A DNA stretch of 64,000 bases. It comes from a bacterium (GTDB lineage Bacteria > Patescibacteriota > Microgenomatia > Levybacterales > UBA12049). Each line of letters starts with the position of its first letter. Position 1 is the stretch's first letter. Location: assembly GCA_021791545.1 (NCBI GenBank), contig JAJYWL010000016.1, positions 219,704 to 283,703 on the forward strand, written 5' to 3'. Positions 40,202 through 47,483 of the stretch are shown piece by piece. A program made the position numbers and the translations under genes. The notes beneath the pieces were generated by a model. The model saw only the letters and a program-made list of their open reading frames with translations, made no database searches and was not told the origin of the DNA.

Positions 40202-41096
40202 AGAAGTACTAAAAACACTGCTCTACAGCGATATCTTCGATTTCCCTCTAAAAGAAGAAGAGATTTACTATTATCTTATTTCCTCAAAAAAAGTTTCAAA
40301 GAAGAAAGTTTTATTGGAAATAGAGGATGAGAGAAAGAAAAAAACAATAGACGAGTTTATGGGGATGTATTTTATAAGAGGAAAACGAAAGAGTGCAGAG
40401 CAAAGATTAAGAAACGAAAGAATAGTCGAAAAAAAGATTGATTTGGCAAGAAAGATTGCAGGGAGAATAGGAATTATTCCTACAATAAGCTTTATAGGGA
40501 TAAGCGGAGGGCTTTCAATGAGAAACGCAAGACCTGCCGATGACATAGATTTTTTCGTAATAACCAAGAGCAAAACACTATGGGTTACGAGAATTTTAAT
40601 GGTATTAGGCCTTTTGATTATGGGAGTCTATAGAAAAAGAAACGATAGGAATGTTAGAAATAAGATATGTCTGAACATGCTTATAGATGAAAGATCTATG
40701 GGTTTTAAAGATACTTCCAGAAATATTTATATAGCCCACGAAATATCACAAATTATTCCCTTGTTCGAAAGGAATAAAACTTATAGAAAATTCTTGTATA
40801 AAAACCTTTGGATAGGTAAATTCCTGGCCAATTTCAAGGAAAAAGAAGTACAAATTTCTAAAGACAGAGGAAACAAAATGCTAGTTTCTTTAATAAAAAA
40901 CCTGGAGGGATTAAGTCAATTTTTACAGATAATATACATGAGAAATCATGTTACTAACGAAACGTTAGACAAGGGTTATGCTGCATTTCATCCATTCGAT
41001 TACGGGGCCTACATATTGAGTGAGTACAGAAAGAGAGCTACTAGATATGGAGTTTTGGATAAAAAAAGCCCCAACTACTATACTAGAGGTTATTGA
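40191..41096 (+). CDS. Conserved protein with a nucleotidyltransferase-like domain
   Basis: GISGGLS..DDIDFFVI resembles the Pol-beta NTase motif; start MESREV. Confidence 0.65.
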   Translation: MESREVLKTLLYSDIFDFPLKEEEIYYYLISSKKVSKKKVLLEIEDERKKKTIDEFMGMYFIRGKRKSAEQRLRNERIVEKKIDLARKIAGRIGIIPTISFIGISGGLSMRNARPADDIDFFVITKSKTLWVTRILMVLGLLIMGVYRKRNDRNVRNKICLNMLIDERSMGFKDTSRNIYIAHEISQIIPLFERNKTYRKFLYKNLWIGKFLANFKEKEVQISKDRGNKMLVSLIKNLEGLSQFLQIIYMRNHVTNETLDKGYAAFHPFDYGAYILSEYRKRATRYGVLDKKSPNYYTRGY

Positions 41097-41162
41097 CATA
41101 ATTTAGTCTTTAATATATCATTTCTTGTAATAAAAGTTCCCTCCCGAGAGGGATTTTGTTTT
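41093..41162 (+). promoter_or_regulatory. greA promoter followed by a leader terminator hairpin
   Basis: TTGACA(41093)-17 nt-TATCAT(41116); TCCCTC-CCGA-GAGGGA-TTTTGTTTT at 41138-41162. Confidence 0.7.
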
Positions 41163-41170
41163 ATAAAGGT

Positions 41171-41638
41171 ATGGATTCTAAAAAAATATATTTAACAAAA
41201 GACGGTCTAGAAGAATTAAAGGAAGAATACAAACAGTTATCAACTGTTAAAAGGCCCGATGTTCTTGCAAGAGTTTCTCAGGCAAGAAGCATGGGAGATC
41301 TTTCCGAAAATGCAGAATATGTTGCGGCAAGAGAAGAGCTTTCTTTCATAGACGGTAGAATAGATGAATTGGAAGAGCTTCTCAAACAGGCAGTTTTAAT
41401 CGCCGGAACAAACGGGCATCACAAGATTGTAGAACTTGGTTCAAAAGTTATCCTTGAGGTAAAAGGTAAAAAAGAAACGTTCATGGTCGTCGGAGAATGG
41501 GAAGCAGATCCTAAAGAAAAGAAAATCTCACACGAATCTCCTCTGGGAAAAGCCTTAATAGGTAAAAAAGTCGGAGATAAGGCAGAAGTTGAAGCTCCAG
41601 CAGGAACAGTGGTTTACACAATCTCTTCTGTCAGTTAA
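41171..41638 (+). CDS. greA: Transcription elongation factor GreA
   Basis: GDLSENAEY, ISHESPLGKALIG. Confidence 0.97.
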   Translation: MDSKKIYLTKDGLEELKEEYKQLSTVKRPDVLARVSQARSMGDLSENAEYVAAREELSFIDGRIDELEELLKQAVLIAGTNGHHKIVELGSKVILEVKGKKETFMVVGEWEADPKEKKISHESPLGKALIGKKVGDKAEVEAPAGTVVYTISSVS

Positions 41639-41656
41639 AATAGAATAGCTGACTTC

Positions 41657-42853
41657 ATGAATTTAACAGCCTTTTATAAACAATTAGGAGAAGAAGTAGA
41701 AAAAGGAACACAACCCCGCGTTATTGAATCAGGCCAAGGACCATATCTTACTATAAAAGGTGTTAGGAAACTAAATCTTTGCTCCAGCCACTATTTGGGA
41801 TTCACGGAAGACCAGAGAATCAGACAGGCAACAATAGACGCAGTCAAAGACTTGGGAATAGGAACAGGTTACAGAACTCTTGCAGGAACTCACTCTCTTC
41901 ATTTAGAACTTGAAGAAGCTATAGCAAAATTTAAGGGAACGGAAGGAGCTTTAGTCTTCTCAAGTGCATATCTTGCTAATTGTTCCGCAATTCAGACAAT
42001 TATAGGGAAAGAAGATATCGTAATCTCCGATGAGTTAAATCATGCATCTATCATTGACGCTGTAAGCCTTTCAAAAGTACAGAATAAATATATATATAAA
42101 CATGGAGATGTTTCCGACCTGGAAGCAAAACTAAATGAGGCAAAGACTTTAATGGAAACCCCGAAATCTAAAGGAGAACTTCCTGTTACCTTGATAGTCA
42201 CAGACGGAGTCTTTTCTATGGACGGAGATTTGGCTCCGTTGCCACAAATCGTAGAACTTGCCAAAAAATATGGAGTTTTAACAATGGTTGACGATGCTCA
42301 CGGAGAAGGGGTATTGGGAAAAGGAGGAAGAGGAATCGTTGATCACTTCGGATTAGTAGGACAAATAGATATTGAAATAGGAAGTCTTTCAAAAGCTTTC
42401 TCTTCAACTGGAGGATTTATAGCCGGAAATAAGACAATGATAGGTTATCAAAAACTTAAATCAAGACAAAGACTTTTTTCTATTGCTCTTTCCATTCCTG
42501 ATGCTGCCGCTTCTTTAGAGGCAATAAAGATTCTTTTGGAATCAGATGCACCTGTTAAAAAACTTTGGGAAAATGTCGAGTATCTAAAGTCCGAGTTTCA
42601 AAAAATAGGTCTTGATACGGGACATAGTGAATCGGCAATCATACCTGTTATGCTTGGAGATGAAGAAGTTGCCAAGCAATTTAGCGCAAAACTTTTTGAA
42701 GAAAACGTTTTTGCAACACCAATACTTTTCCCAATGGTTGCAAAAGGAAAAGCAAGAATAAGAGTAATTCCTTCGGCATCACATTCAAAAGAAGATTTGG
42801 ATTTAGCTGTAAAAGCTTTTGAAAAAGTAGCAAAAGAACTTCAAGTAATATGA
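41657..42853 (+). CDS. kbl: Glycine C-acetyltransferase (2-amino-3-ketobutyrate CoA ligase), PLP class II
   Basis: SDELNHASIID, DGVFSMDGD, VDDAHGEG, SLSKAF; coupled to a threonine dehydrogenase gene. Confidence 0.85.
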   Translation: MNLTAFYKQLGEEVEKGTQPRVIESGQGPYLTIKGVRKLNLCSSHYLGFTEDQRIRQATIDAVKDLGIGTGYRTLAGTHSLHLELEEAIAKFKGTEGALVFSSAYLANCSAIQTIIGKEDIVISDELNHASIIDAVSLSKVQNKYIYKHGDVSDLEAKLNEAKTLMETPKSKGELPVTLIVTDGVFSMDGDLAPLPQIVELAKKYGVLTMVDDAHGEGVLGKGGRGIVDHFGLVGQIDIEIGSLSKAFSSTGGFIAGNKTMIGYQKLKSRQRLFSIALSIPDAAASLEAIKILLESDAPVKKLWENVEYLKSEFQKIGLDTGHSESAIIPVMLGDEEVAKQFSAKLFEENVFATPILFPMVAKGKARIRVIPSASHSKEDLDLAVKAFEKVAKELQVI

Positions 42854-43791
42854 AAAAAATCTTAGTAACAGGAGCATTTGGGTTAGTGGGTACAGAGCTC
42901 GTTTTGGAGCTTCAAAAAAGATATGGAAAAGAAAACGTCGTAGCAGCGGCTCATTCGAAAAATCCCGGAGAATTTGACGGAATTTTGGAACAGGCAGATG
43001 TAACTAATCCGGAAGAAGTCAAAGCATTGGTTAAAAAACATGGAATTGATACAATTTTCCACTTGGCAGGAATATTATCGGTAGGAAGCGAAAAAAATCC
43101 CGCTGCTGCCTGGGAAGTAAATTTCAACGGATTAAAAAATATCTTAAATGTTGCAAAAGACGAGAAATTAAAAGTATTTTGGCCTAGCTCTATTGCAGTA
43201 TTTGGTCCTACCACTCCAAAAGAGAATACCCCTCTGCATACAAGTCTTGAACCAACAACAATTTATGGTGTAGCAAAGGTAGCTGGAGAGCTTTTATGCC
43301 AATACTATTTCAATAGATATGGAGTAGATGTCAGAAGTATCCGTTATCCCGGACTGAATGGTTGGAGAGCAGATCCCGGTGATGGAACAACGGAATATGC
43401 AATCCATATTTTTTATGCCGCGATCAAAGAAGGAAAATATGTATGTCCGTTAAAACCCGGAACATATCTTCCCATGATGTATATGGATGACGCCATTAAT
43501 GGAACAATTCAGCTTATGGAAGCAGATCCTTCCAAGATAACAATAAGAACTTCATATAATTTATCGGGTATTTCATTTGCTCCTGATGAATTGGTATCAG
43601 AAATTCAGAAATTGGTACCTAATTTCCAAGTTTTTTATGAACCAAATCATACACAGGCAATCGCCGATTCTTGGCCAAAATCAATCGATGATTCTGATGC
43701 CAGAAAAGACTGGGGATGGGAACCCAAATTTGGACTGGAAGAAATGACAAAAGAGATGTTTGACAATTTAAAAAAGAAGCTTAAAATGTAA
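42850..43791 (+). CDS. L-threonine 3-dehydrogenase, SDR/epimerase type
   Basis: TGAFGLVG, PSSIAVFG, YGVAK, GTTEYA, LPMMYMDD, QAIADSWP. Confidence 0.85.
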   Translation: MKKILVTGAFGLVGTELVLELQKRYGKENVVAAAHSKNPGEFDGILEQADVTNPEEVKALVKKHGIDTIFHLAGILSVGSEKNPAAAWEVNFNGLKNILNVAKDEKLKVFWPSSIAVFGPTTPKENTPLHTSLEPTTIYGVAKVAGELLCQYYFNRYGVDVRSIRYPGLNGWRADPGDGTTEYAIHIFYAAIKEGKYVCPLKPGTYLPMMYMDDAINGTIQLMEADPSKITIRTSYNLSGISFAPDELVSEIQKLVPNFQVFYEPNHTQAIADSWPKSIDDSDARKDWGWEPKFGLEEMTKEMFDNLKKKLKM

Positions 43792-43793
43792 AT

Positions 43794-43859
43794 ATGTTTA
43801 ATTTACTAATAGGAAAAAAATCAGTTAATTCAAAGTTAGCAAAGAAGACCTCCGACTAG
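43794..43859 (+). CDS. Putative 21-aa leader peptide MFNLLIGKKSVNSKLAKKTSD
   Basis: ATG 2 nt after the dehydrogenase stop; stop codon lies at the loop of the first hairpin of an attenuator-like region. Confidence 0.4.
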   Translation: MFNLLIGKKSVNSKLAKKTSD

Positions 43860-43883
43860 GGGTTGTTTTTGCGTATCTTTAAC

Positions 43884-43907
43884 AACCCCGTTAAGCGGGG
43901 TTTTTTT
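43884..43907 (+). terminator. Intrinsic terminator
   Basis: AACCCCG-TTAAG-CGGGGTT with a T7 tract. Confidence 0.85.
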
Positions 43908-43942
43908 GTGGTAGATTGCATCGCGGTTGGGAGGTGATAAAT

Positions 43943-44158
43943 ATGGAGACAACTAGAAACATTGATTTTGAGGCATTATTAAGAGAAGAAAGTTTAAGAA
44001 GAGGTGATGGTTTTGGAGGCCGTTTTGAATCTTACGCTGATTCAGGAATGGTTTTGAGACATACTTCTGTAGAAATTGTTAATTTTAAAATGCCGAGTTC
44101 TGACGGTCCATTAAAATTTGCAGTAGGGGAAGGTGACGGAACAGGGGGAAGGGTTTAG
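43943..44158 (+). CDS. Small hypothetical protein, 71 aa
   Basis: GGGAGGTGA SD just upstream of ATG 43943. Confidence 0.65.
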   Translation: METTRNIDFEALLREESLRRGDGFGGRFESYADSGMVLRHTSVEIVNFKMPSSDGPLKFAVGEGDGTGGRV

Positions 44159-44195
44159 GCTTTAAAATATCGAGTTTATCCTGTAGAATAGCATT

Positions 44196-45728
44196 ATGTT
44201 TTGGGCTGATAACGTTGCTAAAAATATTATTGACTCGGGAAAATTTAAACCGTATTGGGTGGACGATATGTTTACTCCTTCCGGTTTTGCTCATGTTGGT
44301 TCATTGAGGGGTCCACTTGTTCATGACATTGTTTTTAAAGCACTTAGAGACGCCGGGCAGAAAACAAAATGGACTTACGTTATAAACGATTTTGACACTA
44401 TTGATGGCTTACCCAAGGAGCTTATACAAGATTTTGAAAAATACCTGGGAGTTCCTCTAAGACTTGCGCCTTCTCCCGAAAAAGGATATGAAAGTTTTGC
44501 AGAGTTCTTTGCTGAAGATTTCAAGAATGTTTTAAGGGGTCTTGGGGTAGAAGCGGAATTTCTTTCTTCATGGGATATGTATCATGAAGGGAAATTTAAT
44601 GAAGTTATAAGGATAGCTTTGGATAATGCAGAAAAAATTCAAGACATTTATCAAAAGGTCTCCGGTAGTAGAAAAAAAGATTTAGGCTGGCTTCCTTTAC
44701 AGGTCATTTGCGAAAAATGCGGAAAGCTGGGGACAACAAGAGTTTATGAATGGGATGGGGAAACGGTAGCATATAAATGCGAACCCGAAATGGTAAAGTG
44801 GGCAAAGGGATGTGGACATGAGGGGAGAGTCAGTCCTTTTGACGGAAACGGAAAACTTCCCTGGAAAGTAGACTGGCCTGCTCATTGGAAGGTTATGGGC
44901 GTTACTATTGAGGGAGCCGGAAAAGACCATTCTTCTGCAGGAGGATCAAGAGATATTGCAAGAGAACTTTGCAAAGATGTTTTCAACTACCCCGATCCCT
45001 TCAATATTCCCTATGAGTTCTTCTTAATAGGGGGTAAGAAAATGGCATCTTCTAAAGGATTAGGTCTTAAGGCAAGAGAATTAGCAGAAGTTTTGCCTCA
45101 AAACGTAGCAAGATTTCTTTTTACAAGAACAGATTATAAAAAAGCCATAGAATTCGACCCTGTTGGAACATTGGCTATCCCTAATCTTTTTGATGAATAT
45201 CAAAGATGTGCAGATGCATATTTTGCAATAAAGGAAGGAAAAGAAGGCGATGAGGATTTGGCAAGGGCTTTTGAGTTTTCCCAAATAGGAAATGTAGAAA
45301 AACCTCCAAAAATAAGGTTTTCTGTTTTGACTCAGTGGGTACAAATGCCCAACATGGAAGAAGAAATAAAAAAAGAAGGTCTTGAAGAATGGGCAAGATA
45401 TGCAAGGACTTGGCTTGAGGAGTTTGCTCCCGAGAAGGATAAGTTTGAGATCTTAAAAACAGTCCCCGAGAATGCTAAAAACCTTTCGGATAAACAAAAA
45501 GAATTTCTTGTCTCCCTTTCTAAGGAAGTCGCCAAAGATTGGGATGCGGAAGACTTTCAGACAAGAATTTATGATCTGGGTAAAGAAACGGGATTAAACG
45601 GAAAAGATACCTTTGCTGCTATCTATATTTCTTTGACCGGTAAAGATCACGGACCAAAAGCGGCTTGGTTAATATTATCGCTTGATAAAAAATTCGTAGA
45701 AGAAAGATTTAGCGCCTTCGAGGTCTAG
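44196..45728 (+). CDS. lysS: Lysyl-tRNA synthetase, class I
   Basis: PSGFAHVGSLRG (HIGH-like), KLPWKVDWPAHW, GKDH, KMASSKG (KMSKS-like). Confidence 0.95.
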   Translation: MFWADNVAKNIIDSGKFKPYWVDDMFTPSGFAHVGSLRGPLVHDIVFKALRDAGQKTKWTYVINDFDTIDGLPKELIQDFEKYLGVPLRLAPSPEKGYESFAEFFAEDFKNVLRGLGVEAEFLSSWDMYHEGKFNEVIRIALDNAEKIQDIYQKVSGSRKKDLGWLPLQVICEKCGKLGTTRVYEWDGETVAYKCEPEMVKWAKGCGHEGRVSPFDGNGKLPWKVDWPAHWKVMGVTIEGAGKDHSSAGGSRDIARELCKDVFNYPDPFNIPYEFFLIGGKKMASSKGLGLKARELAEVLPQNVARFLFTRTDYKKAIEFDPVGTLAIPNLFDEYQRCADAYFAIKEGKEGDEDLARAFEFSQIGNVEKPPKIRFSVLTQWVQMPNMEEEIKKEGLEEWARYARTWLEEFAPEKDKFEILKTVPENAKNLSDKQKEFLVSLSKEVAKDWDAEDFQTRIYDLGKETGLNGKDTFAAIYISLTGKDHGPKAAWLILSLDKKFVEERFSAFEV

Positions 45729-45891
45729 TAGTACTCAATCCTGTTAATCTAAAACCTATTTCTCTTGTTCTTCTTCTTATTAGTCTATTTCTTTGTAGGG
45801 CCTGAGCCTCCATTTCTCCTCTTAGGGGTTCAACTTTTGGTTCTTCTTGTCCTTCGCTTTGCGGAACACTTCTTTCTGTTTCAAAATTCAT
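45709..45891 (-). CDS. Small hypothetical protein with acidic N-half and Arg-rich C-half
   Basis: 60 aa; TAATAT 6 nt upstream of ATG; fills the lysS-serS gap. Confidence 0.5.
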   Translation of the reverse strand: MNFETERSVPQSEGQEEPKVEPLRGEMEAQALQRNRLIRRRTREIGFRLTGLSTTRPRRR

Positions 45892-45956
45892 CTGGATATA
45901 TTAATAAATTTTACTCTCAATTGCAAGACCTAGTTGAAAAAGATATAATCAAGAAA

Positions 45957-47189
45957 ATGCTGGACATAAAATTTATAAGGGAAAACCCCGAAGCAGTAAA
46001 AAAAGGAGCAAAGGCAAAAAACGTTGATATAGACGTTGAAGGTCTTTTAAAAAAAGACGAGGAATATAGAAAACTAGATTTGGAAGCACAAAGCCTGAGG
46101 GAAGAAAGAAATAAGGCCGCAAAAGAAAGAAACATCGAAAAAGGTAAGGAAATAAAGGAAAAGCTTGATTCCTTAGAGAAAAACCTTTCTGAAAAACAGG
46201 AAGAGGTAAAAAAACTTTTACTCCAAATTCCAAACCCACCGAAAGAAGACGTCAAGGTAGGAAAAAATGATACGGAAAATGACATAGTGAAGACTTGGGG
46301 TGAACCTCCTAAGTTTGATTTTCAGCCAAAGGATCATCTTACATTGGGTGAAGCTCTTGGGATCATAGATGTAGAGAGAGCAAGTAAAATTTCGGGAGCA
46401 AGATTTTACTTCCTAAAAAATGAAGGAGCACTTTTGGAGTTTGCGCTAAGGGAATTTGCTTTTGAGTTATTGATAAAAGAAGGTTTCACTCCCGTAATTC
46501 CTCCCGTGATGATAAAAACGGAAGTAATGAAAGGGTTGGGATATATGGAAAACGGTGGAGACGAGGATATGTACATTTTTGAAAAAGACGGTTTGGTATT
46601 GGTAGGAACTTCTGAACAGTCTATTGTTTCCATGCATAAGGATGAGGTTTTGGATGTTAAAGAACTTCCCAAGAGATATGTAGGTTTTTCCACCTGTTTT
46701 AGAAGAGAAGCGGGAAGTTACGGAAAAGATACAAGGGGAATTCTAAGAGCGCATCAGTTTGATAAAGTTGAAATGGTATCTTTTGTAAAACAAGGAGAAG
46801 ACGACAAAGAGCATGAATATCTTTTATCAATAGAAGAAAAATTGCTTCAATCTTTGGGAATTCCGTATCAGGTGGTAAAGATGTGTAGCGGAGATCTTGG
46901 CTTTCCTGCTGCAAGAAAATATGATCTGGAAGCATGGATTCCGTCTGAGGGAAAGTATAGGGAAGTAACATCCACTTCTACGACGACAGATTTCCAGGCA
47001 AGAAGGCTAAACATAAAATATAGAGAAGAAGGAAAGAACGAGTTCGTGAATATATTAAATGGAACTGCTTTTTCTACAAGACCGTTAATAGCAATAATTG
47101 AAAATTTCCAACAAGAAGACGGAAGTATCCAAGTCCCTGAGGTTCTTCAGAAATACGTAGGGAAAAAAGTAATAAAATCCTCAAAATAG
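45957..47189 (+). CDS. serS: Seryl-tRNA synthetase
   Basis: MLDIKFIRENP start, GTSE, FRREAGSYGKDTRG, LNGTA; TTGCAA-17 nt-TATAAT promoter. Confidence 0.98.
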   Translation: MLDIKFIRENPEAVKKGAKAKNVDIDVEGLLKKDEEYRKLDLEAQSLREERNKAAKERNIEKGKEIKEKLDSLEKNLSEKQEEVKKLLLQIPNPPKEDVKVGKNDTENDIVKTWGEPPKFDFQPKDHLTLGEALGIIDVERASKISGARFYFLKNEGALLEFALREFAFELLIKEGFTPVIPPVMIKTEVMKGLGYMENGGDEDMYIFEKDGLVLVGTSEQSIVSMHKDEVLDVKELPKRYVGFSTCFRREAGSYGKDTRGILRAHQFDKVEMVSFVKQGEDDKEHEYLLSIEEKLLQSLGIPYQVVKMCSGDLGFPAARKYDLEAWIPSEGKYREVTSTSTTTDFQARRLNIKYREEGKNEFVNILNGTAFSTRPLIAIIENFQQEDGSIQVPEVLQKYVGKKVIKSSK

Positions 47190-47346
47190 GTAAGTAAATT
47201 ATCTTGATTTGGCAATCTATTCCTCGTACTTTGAAGCAGGTATAAAATCTTGACAAACAAAATTAATAAGATAAGAATAAAGTTAATCCTGCCCCACCTC
47301 AAAGTAAGTTTGAAGTGAGACTTAAAAAGAGGAGGTGACTGTCCAA

Positions 47347-47388
47347 ATGCCAGCAAAAAAGAAAGCAGCAAAGAAAAAGAAGAAATAA
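47347..47388 (+). CDS. 13-aa Lys-rich micropeptide MPAKKKAAKKKKK
   Basis: GAGGAGGTGA SD, upstream TTGACA, own terminator. Confidence 0.55.
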   Translation: MPAKKKAAKKKKK

Positions 47389-47430
47389 TTGGTAAGCAAT
47401 TTGGAGCATTACCAATTGATCAATTGGTAC

Positions 47431-47457
47431 AACCCCGCCGGTTTGGCGGGGTTTTTT
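47431..47457 (+). terminator. Intrinsic terminator
   Basis: CCCCGCC-GGTTT-GGCGGGG-TTTTTT. Confidence 0.9.
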
Positions 47458-47483
47458 ACGCACGGATATGATAAAATAAGGCT

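Noticed and set aside
45765-45956. N-terminal extension of SerRS in the ORF track
   Set aside because: The canonical MLDIKFIRENP start at 45957 has its own promoter; the upstream part is the antisense of a small minus-strand ORF.
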